A stretch of DNA of 63,361 nucleotides, the filler included, from Anaerolineae bacterium (GTDB lineage Bacteria; Chloroflexota; Anaerolineae; Epilineales; Epilineaceae), in the NCBI GenBank assembly GCA_029262755.1. It is 5 parts of 5 records of this genome, joined end to end, with 100 filler letters (N's around TTAATTAATTAA, not from the genome) between each part and the next. Parts side by side here need not be neighbours in the genome. Positions count along the whole stretch, not along the records: positions 28,844 to 49,234 come from JAJCYU010000184.1; positions 49,335 to 54,896 come from JAJCYU010000187.1; positions 54,997 to 63,361 come from JAJCYU010000188.1; 2 more parts are not named here. The stretch is one strand, 5' to 3'. Below the pieces are notes generated by a model. That model saw only the letters and a program-made list of their open reading frames with translations. It was not told the origin of the DNA and did no database searches. Below are positions 48,914-59,274 of this stretch, one piece after another. How positions within the stretch are numbered: position 1 is the stretch's first letter; each line of letters opens with the position of its first letter. Made by a program: the position numbers and the translations under genes.

Positions 48914-49234
48914 ATGAGCCACGTCTTCATCTCCTATAGCCACAAGAACAAGGACTTCGCCTACCGGCTGGCCGACGCCCTCGCGGCGCTCGGCCTGCCC
49001 GCATGGATCGATCGCGAGGGCATCCGCGCCGGCGATCGGTGGAGCACGTCCATCCAAGAGGGCCTGGATGTCTGCCGGGTGCTCGTGGTCGTGCTTTCTC
49101 CGCCCGCCATGGAATCACCCAACGTCGAGGACGAGTGGCAGTACTTCCTCGACCAGGGCAAGCCGATCCTCCCCGTGCTCCACCAGCCGGCCAAGATCCA
49201 CTTCCAACTCAGCCGCAAGCAGTACATCGACTTC
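48914..49234 (+). CDS. TIR (TIR_2) domain protein, truncated by contig end
   Basis: 'VFISYSHKNKDFA..L...L...G..AWID...I..GD.W...I..GL..C......LSP....S.NV.DEW', with the catalytic-position Glu present. Confidence 0.9.
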
Positions 49235-49334
49235 NNNNNNNNNNNNNNNNNNNNNNNNNNNNNNNNNNNNNNNNNNNNTTAATTAATTAANNNNNNNNNN
49301 NNNNNNNNNNNNNNNNNNNNNNNNNNNNNNNNNN
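49235..49334. other. Artificial contig-joining spacer
   Basis: N/TTAATTAATTAA/N, 100 bp. Confidence 0.98.
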
Positions 49335-52300
49335 AGCTGCTCGGTCGTGAACTGGAACAAGATGCCGCTCTTGGAGCCGGTCGGCACTTGCGCGCCGAGC
49401 AGGTTCCACGTGCTGCCGGGCTTGAGCATGCCCGTGCACTCCACCTTCAGCGGGCCCGCGGCCTGCGGCGGGCAGAAGCCCGGCTCGCCCCACGTCACCA
49501 GCGCCGCTTTGGCAAAGTCGCAGCCCAGGTTCTGTACCTCGACCCAGGTCTCGCACACGTCGTCCTGACCCAGGAAGTTCAGGATCGGGATGTGCACCTG
49601 ACGGTCCAGCTGCGTGTTGGGATCGATGATCGGCTCGCAGTCGAGCACGATCTCTTCGGCGTCCGTGCGGCTGGCGCTGTTGACGCCCACGTTGAACTCA
49701 TCGTAGTTGACGCGCGCCTCGAGCGTGATCGTGGTGCCTGCCGGAATGCCGCCGGCAACACGCACCATGAACGTCACCTGCACGCTGTCGCCGACTGCGA
49801 TCTCGCCGTTCCACTCCACGCGCTGCGGCGAGGCCGAACACGTGCCGCCGCCCACGTCGACGCGGCAATCGCCCGAGCCCACCAGCTGCGGCGGGAACGC
49901 GACCTCGAACTCCGGACCCGGGTTGTCACGCTGGCGTGTGAAGGCCAGCGGCCCGGTGTTGCTGAAGACCGCGGTCACCATCAGGAAATCGCCGGCGGCC
50001 AGACAGCCCTCGTCCTGCAGCAACGCGAAGTCCGGCAGCGCGCCGCTCTTTTCGGCGCCGTCGGGCGACACTGCGTCAAAGGCCGGCGGACCGCCGCTGC
50101 CGGCACCGACGCGAATCGGCGCCTGCAGGTCGAGCAGAACATCGGCGCCCGCGCGCACGTCCGTCAACTCCGTGTCGCTGTCGTTGGCGCTGTTGGGATC
50201 CGTCGTGCACTCGTCGCCGTGCGACACCGTCGCGGTGTTCGAAAGCGGCGCCGCGCCGTAGGCCTCACTGCCCGGGCAGATCGCCGGGCTACAGGGCGCC
50301 AGCTCGCTGACGAGGACCTCAATGGTGACCGTGTAGCCGGTGGGCAACGGACCGCCCTCGTCCTCGAAGCACTCCTGGCCCGTGCCGATCGCGCCGAGAT
50401 CACATGTCACGACCCCGCCCGCATGGCTGCAGGTTGGTCCGGGCGGAGACACCGTCGCGGACACAAAGCTCACGAGCGGGTCGAGCGTGTCGACCATCAC
50501 CACGGACGCGGCCGTCGACGGACCCGCGTTCGCGACGTCGATGGTGTAGGTCAAGCTGTTGCCCGCGATCACCGGATCAGGGCTGTCGCTCTTGGAAACC
50601 GAGAGGTCGGCCGATGCCGTAACACGTGTATCGAGGCTGACCCGGTTGTTTGCGGGATTCGGGTCCACGAGCGCGCCGCCGCCAATGTCGAAGACGATGC
50701 CGTCCATGCGGTTGGCCGTGTCGCCGATGGTCGTAGACGTGCCGTCGCTCGTATCCAGAGTGATAAGCCGACGCGTGCCGTCGTTCCAAATGCCGTAGAG
50801 CTCACCGCTACTCGGATGGAAGTCGAGCGAGTTGACCCTGCGGGGAACGTTGCCTGCACTGCCCGGCACGTCCGCGCCCAGTCCGGTGCCTTTGTCGAAG
50901 GTCACAAGGCTACCGTTGTCAAAGGGCGTACCGAAAAGCGTGTCGGTAGCCGCTTCCCACGCCAGCCCGTTCCCGCCGCCGGTGTAGCCGCTGGCACCCA
51001 CGGACGTGGCGAGCCCCGTCGTCGTGTTGACCGTGAACAAACCCTCCGGGGCCCCGCTGCAGAAATCGCCGTACGCGAAGAGGGTGGCGGTCGAGGCGTC
51101 CCATGTTAGGTCCGGGAAACGACCGCAAGAAGTCGTAAAATCGCCCATTGGCCCGATCAACGTGCCAGCGCCCGTACCTCGATCGATCTCAATAAGATCG
51201 GAGGAAACGCCGGAAATGTCCCGATCCGTGGCGCTCGACCCGACGAGCCGGCCGTCGCCCAGCACCGCGAGCCCGCTCACGCGCGGGAAGCCAATGATCC
51301 CGACCGCGGTGGCGATACCGGTGGCGGGATCGATCGTGTAGAGCGTCTCGTCGCCTTGCTGCATCGGGGACGCTACTCGCTCGTCGCCACTCTCAAGAAG
51401 GCCATTGTTATTGGCCGTTGCGTCTCTGGAAAGCTCCGGCCCCCCCCCTTCGCCGCCGCCGCCGTCACCACCACTCGTCGCTCCATACAGGACGAGCGCA
51501 CCGCCGCCGCCTTCGCCGGGCCGCAGCGCGACGGTCGCGACGTTGGTCAAGGTGCCGCCACATGTCTCCTCCGGGCAGAGGCTCACGGTGATCGTGACCG
51601 AACGGGTCTCGCCGGCGGGGACGGAATCGGTCCACTCGCAGACGACCGTTCCGCCGAAGGACCCGACCGCGGGCGTTAAGGGACACGCGCCGCCGTTGTC
51701 CGGCACCGCGGAAACGAAGGCACCGGCGCTCGGCAGCATGTCCGTGATCTCGATGCCGTTCGAGGCGTCGGCGGGCCCGTTGTTCGTCGCCGTCACGGTG
51801 TACACAAGGTCTTGCCCGGCGACCGCCGGATCGGGCGACGCCGTCTTGTCGATGCTCAGGTCGGCGTTTCCAGCTGCAGGCGGGGGCGCGACCGATCCGC
51901 AGACGCTTGCAATCTCGTTCTCGATCAGCTCAACGATGTCGCGCTCGGTGTCCAGGTCCTTGTCGGCCGGGTTGTAATCGTCGAAGATAAAGCCGTTGAA
52001 GATCGTCGCACCGGCGTTGCCGATTACGATGGCCGACTGCATCGGCTGCGGGGCGGGCGTGAAACCTGCGGCTGAGACGCCGCCGCTCGCAGGCTCGATG
52101 TCGAGGAAGAAGCCGTTGGTGCCCCAAACATCGGCCCATACGTCGAAGACGTCCGGAACGCTGTTGGGCGCGGAAAAGAGCGGGTGCGCGTTCCAACGAT
52201 AGAAGTCGATCGTCTGGTGCGCACCCTCGTTGGTCACGTCAAAGGCCTGCTGTAACGCCGTAGTCAGCGAGCCCGAGTTCCAATGGCTGTGGATGGCGCG

Positions 52301-53131
52301 CCCGCCGGCGGCGATATGGCTCGCCAGAGCATCTTGCCACGCACCAAGTGGCTCCGTGCTCGGATTGTCCATGAGCACGATGTCCCAGCTCTGCCCGGTC
52401 AATAGGGTCGTGAAGTCGCCGGAGTTGGCGACCGTCGGCGTGAAGCCGGCGTTAGCCGCAGCGGCCTGCGCGGTCTGGAAGGTGGAGTTGTTGTCATAGA
52501 GCAGCATGCTCTCGCAGCCGGCGGCCATGGGAGCGGCGCCGATCGTCAGATTGTCGATCACGAAGCTGCCGGAGGTCGTCGAGCCACCACCGGCGAGGCC
52601 CATGTGGATGCTGGTGATCTGGTCGGGCGACGTGATGCCGAAGAAGCTGGCACCCGTTGGCAGCGGGAAGTTTTCTGTCGTGCCGTCGCCGTAGGTCACG
52701 AAGGCGTGATAGGGCACGCTGGCGGAATTCGTGCGGATATCCACGCCCACGCCGAACACGCCAACCCCCGGAACCGCGGGCGTCGTGTTCTGGAAGCTCA
52801 GCCGATAGCTGCCGTTGCACCCGGCGCAGTAGGTTTCGCTGCTCTGGATGATGTTCAGGTTGCTGAAGCCCGTGGTGAAGTACTCCGTCTCGCCGAAGAA
52901 TCCGCTCATCGTGGCGTTGTTGTAGATACCGAAGCCGGCCGGATAGCCGGACGCCGGATCGTAGCCGTCGATGAGCGTCGAGCCTCCGTCGAGCCCCGCC
53001 TCGAAGGTGGCACGGTCGGTGAAGGTCGTGCGCATCGCAGCGGCGACGGTGGCCGGATGCGGCAATGCGAACACGGCGAGCAACACCGTGGCACACAAGA
53101 CGGACATAAGGGGCGAGGCGAAACGGCGCAT
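49335..53131 (-). CDS. Very large secreted protein: N-terminal beta domains, DUF11-like Ig domains, beta-propeller, then the start of a Cys-rich core; 3' truncated
   Basis: GGAGG RBS; signal peptide; DUF11 'ADLSI.K..SPDP..AG..L.YT....N.GP..A' twice; propeller 'LYTIDPATG.AT.VG' repeats; ends HIPILNFLGQDDVCETWVEVQNLG... Confidence 0.85.
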
Positions 53132-53515
53132 GGGTCCTCCACGAGAACGGGGTCGGCTGCAGGCCGGGATTAGAGCCAGTTGGTTGCCCAAAGCGCACGC
53201 TGATAGAAATCAGTCGACGCATCGAACGCACAATTAGTCTTTCCCATTAACGGGATGGGCGGCGGCTGAGATACGGGTGAGCGCGGAACTCGTCGAGGGA
53301 GCTTCCGGCGCGCCGCCAATTTGATTGGGGCACGTCACCGAGACGACCTTCGACCGACCGGAGCAGGAACGCCTTGGCACCGCAACCAACCGGCCACCAC
53401 ATTGCAACGCGAGGGCCGGTCGTGGTCTACGTGTTCGTGGTCATCCTGACCGTGGGCGCCTCTCCGAACCGCCAAGCCGCCGCCCCTCAGGGGCACGACC
53501 GCCGGCCCGCTGCGC

Positions 53516-54896
53516 CTAGCGCGCCCGCAGCTCCACCGTAACCGTGAAGTCGTTCAACGTACCCTGGTCGCCGCCGGCGGTGTCGTTGATGTCCAGCAGC
53601 CACTCGCCGCCAACCAACTCGCCGTCGAAGATGTCCAGCCCAATGCCCGACTCCGTCGTGTAGCGCTGGAAGCCCATCGGCGGGCACACGCTGCCGATCG
53701 GTGCCGCCGCGTCGTCGTCCAGGATCGCGCGGATGTTGTCGCTGGCCCCGCAGATCCCGTCGAACATCCGGGATGCCGTGCCCTCCGGGCTCGTCAGGTC
53801 CACTTCCAGATCCGCGTTCCACGTGTGGTTCAGGTCCAACGTCACGTCGATGTCCACGATCTCGCACGCGCCGATCAAGCCCACGCTCGCGATCGCCGTG
53901 TCCATCATGCCCGCCGTCCCCGTCGCCGGAATCGGCAGCGGGCAGTTCGCGCAGCTGGCCGTCACGCTCGCCGGACAATCCGCCGGATCCGGACGCAGGT
54001 CCGGGAAGCCCGGGCACAGCGGTGCGCTGCCCATGAAGCAGAACGCGAAGACCGGCTCGCCCTCCTCGTCGAAGGTCGTCGCGAACGGAATGCCCCGCGA
54101 GCCCGCCGCCTCGTCGCCCGGGATGTCCTCCTCGTAGCCGCGGCGGCCCTTGCGCTCGATCGATACCGCGCCAAGGCCAACCAGGTTGCGCAGGAAGAAG
54201 CCCGTTCCGTCGAACACGTCGTGCTCCCAGAACGTCGCCGAGATCACCGCCGAGCCCTTGAAGCCCGGGTTCACGTAGCCCCACGTCGACAGGTCGATGT
54301 ACTCCACCTGCTTCTCGTTCAGCTTCTCGCAGATGTAGTCCAACAGACCGTTCTGGTCGTAGATGAAGATCGCGAAGTCCGTGAAGCCCGGCTTCGGCAC
54401 CACGTTCGCGATCGCCACCTCGCTGGTCAAGCCCGAGCCGCTCACGTCCCGCAACAAGCTCGGGATCGCGATCAGGCCGACCCCCGCCTCAAAGTCGCCG
54501 CCCGTGCCGCTCGCGATCTGCCAATCGTAGATCTTGTGCTCCGGCAACAGGTTGTAGGCAATGGCCTCGATCGTGTTGGTGCGCGCCGCGTCGTCGTACT
54601 TCAGCAACGTCGCGATACCCACGATGTTCGGCGAGCGAACCAGCGGGTTGCCCGGCGTGAACCACTCCTGGCTCTCCACCCGCACGCTGCCCGTCCAGTT
54701 GCCCGGAAGGTCGAAGATCACCGGCAGGAAGAAGGTCTGGCTGCCGCGCGGGCACACCCAGTCCACCAGCGTCGTGATGATGTCGCCGCTGCGGTCCAGG
54801 AAGTAGACCTTCACCTTCGCCGCCGTCACCGCGCTCAGGTTCTGCACCTGCACGCCCGAGTCCCAACCCTGGTACTCGCTGTAGATCAGCGGTCCG
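53516..54896 (-). CDS. 3' part of a large surface protein: Ig-like core repeats plus C-terminal proprotein-convertase P-domain; 5' truncated
   Basis: Open from the contig edge (GPLIYSEYQGWDSGVQVQNL...); P-domain 'IVDIDVTLDLNHTWNADLEVDLTSPEGT...GEWLLDINDTAGGDQGTLNDF'. Confidence 0.8.
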
Positions 54897-54996
54897 NNNN
54901 NNNNNNNNNNNNNNNNNNNNNNNNNNNNNNNNNNNNNNNNTTAATTAATTAANNNNNNNNNNNNNNNNNNNNNNNNNNNNNNNNNNNNNNNNNNNN
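54897..54996. other. Artificial contig-joining spacer
   Basis: N/TTAATTAATTAA/N, 100 bp. Confidence 0.98.
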
Positions 54997-55557
54997 TGGT
55001 CCCGTCCAGCCCAGGACGATGAAGACGATTGCCAACACGGTGATCGAGCCGCCCGGAACGACGTCTTTGGGGATCAGCACGAAGAGCACCATGAAGATCG
55101 GCAAGCTGGGCAGCGTGAACAGAAAGTCGACGATGCGCATCAGCAGGGTGTCGACCCAACCGCCGTAGTAGCCGCTGATGCCTCCGACAATCGTGCCGAA
55201 GATCTGCGTCACGATCACGACGACGAAGGCAAGGGCCAACGAGACGCGACCGCCCTCCAGCAAGCGCGTCAGGTAATCGCGCCCCATGCTGTCGGTGCCC
55301 ATGATGTGGAAGCCGTCCGATCCCTGGAAGAACGCCGGTTTATCACGCAGCGACAACAGCTCGGTCATGGGAATGTCGGTCGAGTTGAAGGGCGTGAGGT
55401 AGGGGCCCAGGAAGCAAGCAACGATCAGCAGACCTGCGATGGTCAAGCCGATCATCGCCAGCCGGTGCCGGCGGAAGCGCCGCCATACGGCCTGCGCCTG
55501 CGATTCTTCTTGGGGAGCGGCGAGCTCCTCCTCGAAGGCGAGTTCAGCAACGGTCAT
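54997..55557 (-). CDS. oppC: Peptide/nickel ABC transporter permease OppC/DppC, 3' truncated
   Basis: 'WRRFRRHRLA', 'HIMGTDSMGRD..TRLL.GGRVSL', 'GYYGGWVD..LMR'. Confidence 0.88.
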
Positions 55558-55581
55558 GGATAGGATCTCCTTCAGCCGGGC

Positions 55582-56652
55582 TTAGTTAAGCCGGATCCGC
55601 GGATCGACGACCGTATACAGGATGTCGCTCAGCAGCGTCGCGATGACGGTAAGCACCGCCGTGATCAAGAGATACGCTTGGGTCACGGGGAAGTCGAAGC
55701 TGTTGAGCGCGTCGATGTAGAGCAGGCCCATGCCGGGAATACCGAAGACCTGTTCGATCAAGATCGTGCCGCCAAAGATGAAGGGCAGCTCGTAGGTCAC
55801 GATCGTGACCAGGGGGATGAGCGCATTGCGCAGTGCGTGCTTGGCCACGACGAAGCGCTCCGCAAGCCCCTTGGCCCGCGCTGTGCGCACGTAGTCCTGC
55901 TGCAGCACCTCGAGCATGCTCGTACGCATGTAGCGCGCCCACCCGGCCATCTGGAGCAAGCTGAGCACCCCGATGGGCAATAGAAGGTGGATGGAGATAT
56001 CGAGGAAGGAGCCGGGCTCCGCACCGAGCACGCCGAGCAGCGTCCCTTCGCGGGGCGTGCGCAAGCTGGCCCAGCCGCCCGAGGGCAGGGAGGGTAAACC
56101 CCAACTTTGGAAGAGCTGGGCGAACACGATGATCGACATCAGCCCGAACCAAAACGAGGGGATTGCTACGCCCATGAACGTGAAGAAGGTCATCACGTAA
56201 TCGGTGCGTGAGTATTGCTTGACGGCGGAGTAGATGCCGATAGGGATCGCCACGACCATGGCCAGCAGCGCCGACAACGCCGTCAACGCGACGGTCTTGC
56301 CGATGCGGGCCTTCATCATATCGATCACGGGCCGCTTCTTCTGGAACGAGTCGCCGAAATCGCCGCGCAGCACGCCGCGGGTATCGCCCTCCCATTCCGG
56401 GTTGAGCGAGCCCATCCAGTCGTCGCCGATCAACCAGCCGATGTAGCGCATCTGTATGGGCTTGTTGAGGCCCAGGAGCGCTTCCATCCGGTCGATCTGC
56501 TGCTCGCTCACGCGCGACTTGCGGTCGCTCATGGTCCGCAGTGCGTCGAAGGGCCCACCGGGGGCGAAGTTCAGCAACGCATAAATCGTAATCGACGAGA
56601 GCACGAGCACGACGAGCATCTGCAGAACTCGTCGGATCAGGTACGCGGTCAT
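55582..56652 (-). CDS. oppB: Peptide/nickel ABC transporter permease OppB/DppB
   Basis: 'YLIRRVLQ', 'RYMRTSMLEVL.QDYVRTARAKGL', 'HALRNALIP', 'DPRIR'. Confidence 0.92.
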   Translation of the reverse strand: MTAYLIRRVLQMLVVLVLSSITIYALLNFAPGGPFDALRTMSDRKSRVSEQQIDRMEALLGLNKPIQMRYIGWLIGDDWMGSLNPEWEGDTRGVLRGDFGDSFQKKRPVIDMMKARIGKTVALTALSALLAMVVAIPIGIYSAVKQYSRTDYVMTFFTFMGVAIPSFWFGLMSIIVFAQLFQSWGLPSLPSGGWASLRTPREGTLLGVLGAEPGSFLDISIHLLLPIGVLSLLQMAGWARYMRTSMLEVLQQDYVRTARAKGLAERFVVAKHALRNALIPLVTIVTYELPFIFGGTILIEQVFGIPGMGLLYIDALNSFDFPVTQAYLLITAVLTVIATLLSDILYTVVDPRIRLN

Positions 56653-56868
56653 CGGCATCCTCCGGCCAGGCCGAGGCAGTCAAGGGATTCACCGCCGACG
56701 CCCGTTGCACGATGAGTGCGTGGGGCGGCGCGGCACAACACACAACCGGACGTGCCGGGTGGCTGGTTCACGATTCGTGCTTCGTTCAACAAATCGGCTG
56801 CGAAGGAATTACCAGCGTGGGCCGTTCTAGTCAAACCTCAGCGCGTCGTCCGCCGTCGCCGAAACGCG

Positions 56869-56905
56869 AAAACGGGCCGGCAACGGAACATCCGTTGCCG
56901 GCCCG
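56869..56905 (-). terminator. Terminator or stabilising hairpin between oppA and oppB
   Basis: Perfect 15-bp stem CGGGCCGGCAACGGA-N3-TCCGTTGCCGGCCCG followed by TTTT on the minus strand. Confidence 0.75.
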
Positions 56906-56945
56906 AAATGTGTTCGTTCGCGCGGCGAAACGCCCGCGCTGATGC

Positions 56946-58982
56946 CTACTCCTCGGGCGCGAAGCCCCAGGTCTCGACGTTCCAGGTCTCGCTGTTGACC
57001 GTCGGGTTCGGCATGAAGTTGACCACGTTGGAACGCGTGGCCATGACCTTCACACGTGCGAACAACGGCAGCACCGGCAGCTCGTCGCTAAAGATCTTCT
57101 GCGCCTCGTGGTACAAGGGCAGCGCGTCCGGGCGCTCCAGCGTGTTCTCGGCCTGCTTGGAAACAGCATCGTACTCCGGGTTGCAGTAGCCGGTCTCGTT
57201 CTGACCGCCCCAGCTGTTCTCCTCGGAGGGGACCTCGGTGCAGTAGTACAGACCCACCGGCGGCTGCACGCCCGTCAACCAGGCGAACTCGCCCAGGTCG
57301 AAGCGTCGTCCGAACAGCGGGCCGTCCGGACCGTCGCCGAAGTAGACGTTGGCCGGCAGGTACTCGAGGTTGATGCCGACACCGATGTTGTCCATGTTGG
57401 CCTGGAAGAGCAGCGTGGTCTCTTCGCGCATCACGTTGCCCTGCGTGGTGTTGAGCGTCAGCTCGAGCGGGGTGCCCGCCGGGATCACCTGGTCCTTGGT
57501 GTTGCCCTCCAGGTCCATCGTGATCGTGCAGGTGATGTCCTCGGCCGCCTCACGCGTGCCGTCGCCGTCGGCATCGGTGAAGCCGATGTCGTCGAGCATC
57601 TGCGACGCCAACTCGGGATCGTAGGGGTAGGTGGTGAGCATGTCCTCGGGCGGATAGGCCCAGTGCACGTCGGGGATGTAGGTGTTCTGAACCTTCGTCT
57701 TCCCCTTCTGGATGACCTCGACCATCGTGTCGCGGTCCGTGCCGTAGGCCAGCGCCTTGCGAACGTCCTTACAAGCGCCGATCGCCGGGCGGTCGTCCAC
57801 CGGGTTGAAGTTGAAGTCGATGTGTTCCCACACCGTGCCGACCACGTAGTAGGGCGTGATCTCGCCGGCATTCTTGCCGTCTTCGAGAGCGTCGAACTGG
57901 CTGATGTCCAGACCGTCCTGCGTCGCGACATCGACGTCGCCCGTGCGCAGCGCGGCGAGCAACGAGTTCGAGTCCTTGATGAACTTGTGGATGACCGAAT
58001 CCAGGATCGGCAGACCCTCGTCGGCGCGCCAGTAGTAGTCGTTGCGCACCAGCTTGATGAAGTCGCCATCCGACCACTCTTCGATCATGAAGGGGCCGTA
58101 GGACCAGGGGTTGCGCGTGAACTGCTCGTCCTCGGCGATGTCGACCGCCGACATGTTTTCCATCGGCGTGCCGTCCGCGCCCGGCTGGTGGCGGGGCAGC
58201 GGTGCGTAGAAGTTGGTGAAGTAGGTCTGATCCGTGTAGCCGGGCAGGCCGGTCCAGACCACCGTGTTGCTGCCGGTGGACGCGTAGCTGGACGTGCGCT
58301 CGCAGAGGTACTTGCTGGTCGCGGTGTCCGGATCACAGCTGATTTCGAACGCCCACACCGAGTCGTCGGCCGTCACCGCCGTGCCGTCCTGCCACGTCAG
58401 CCCGTCGACCATCTCGTACTCGACGGTGAGCTGCGGAAGATCGGAAACCGTCTCGGTGGCGGTCACGACTTCCTGCGTCTCCTGGTCGATGTACTGCTCG
58501 CCGGCCTCGACCGATACCATGTCCAACGAAGCGCCGGAGCCGTCATCTTCGAGCTTGGGCAGCTTCGTGAGGATGACCGGCTGGTAGTCGAAGGTCAGGC
58601 CCTCGATCGACTCGTACAACGAATTCTGGACGTGGGAGGCCGCGAGCATCGAACCGCCGTAGCGGTAGAGCGTCTCGGGCTCCTGGCCCTGACCGATGAC
58701 CAACGTGCCCGTGCCCTTCTGGGCCGTATCGTCGAAGGCGAAGACATCGACGTTGCCGTCCATCATGTCGTCGTCGGCCATGCCCTCTTCGGCCATACCC
58801 TCTTCGGCATCATCGCCCTCTTCGGCCATATCGTCCTCTGCGCCTTCACCTTCTGCGGCGTCGTCGCCTTCCATCTGCTCCGACTCACCGCTCGGGGCGG
58901 CGTCATCGGCAGGCGCGGTGCAAGCAACCGCGAAGGACAGCGGCAGCAGCACCGCCAGCATCAACATCAGTGTTCGCATCAT
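56946..58982 (-). CDS. oppA: Peptide ABC transporter substrate-binding lipoprotein (SBP family 5)
   Basis: Lipobox FAVAC; 'WQDGTAVTADD', 'GPF....W', 'DVRKAL...DR', 'YDPE.A...L'; AGGAGG RBS. Confidence 0.9.
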   Translation of the reverse strand: MMRTLMLMLAVLLPLSFAVACTAPADDAAPSGESEQMEGDDAAEGEGAEDDMAEEGDDAEEGMAEEGMADDDMMDGNVDVFAFDDTAQKGTGTLVIGQGQEPETLYRYGGSMLAASHVQNSLYESIEGLTFDYQPVILTKLPKLEDDGSGASLDMVSVEAGEQYIDQETQEVVTATETVSDLPQLTVEYEMVDGLTWQDGTAVTADDSVWAFEISCDPDTATSKYLCERTSSYASTGSNTVVWTGLPGYTDQTYFTNFYAPLPRHQPGADGTPMENMSAVDIAEDEQFTRNPWSYGPFMIEEWSDGDFIKLVRNDYYWRADEGLPILDSVIHKFIKDSNSLLAALRTGDVDVATQDGLDISQFDALEDGKNAGEITPYYVVGTVWEHIDFNFNPVDDRPAIGACKDVRKALAYGTDRDTMVEVIQKGKTKVQNTYIPDVHWAYPPEDMLTTYPYDPELASQMLDDIGFTDADGDGTREAAEDITCTITMDLEGNTKDQVIPAGTPLELTLNTTQGNVMREETTLLFQANMDNIGVGINLEYLPANVYFGDGPDGPLFGRRFDLGEFAWLTGVQPPVGLYYCTEVPSEENSWGGQNETGYCNPEYDAVSKQAENTLERPDALPLYHEAQKIFSDELPVLPLFARVKVMATRSNVVNFMPNPTVNSETWNVETWGFAPEE

Positions 58983-59274
58983 AATCGGGTTCTCCTCCTA
59001 GAAGAATCGACCGGTCGACAAGCGGGGGGAAGGTGTAGATGTGCTCATCGACCCGGGTTCCGGCAGGGTTGTTTAGCGCGTCTTCCCGCTGGAAAATCGC
59101 GCCATGCTATCGCAGGGCTCATATCCCTGTCAACCGCCCGCCACCGGCCGGGCATCATTCCTACGGAGCCGATTCGCGGACGGTTCATTCTCTACACGTC
59201 CACATGGTCGTGTCGGTAGAGACCTTAGGCGAAGGGAATGGACACGCGCTTAGGGCTCGTTGACGGACGAGGCC

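Noticed and set aside
53242..53255. TCCCATTAACGGGA, similar to the SARP-associated TCCCAT motif
   Set aside because: It is an imperfect palindrome with a single TCCCAT rather than an 11-bp-period direct repeat, and lies on a different contig.
17808..54996. Repeated TTAATTAATTAA elements within N-runs
   Set aside because: Artificial 100-bp contig spacers, not biological repeats; ORFs ending in them are truncated.
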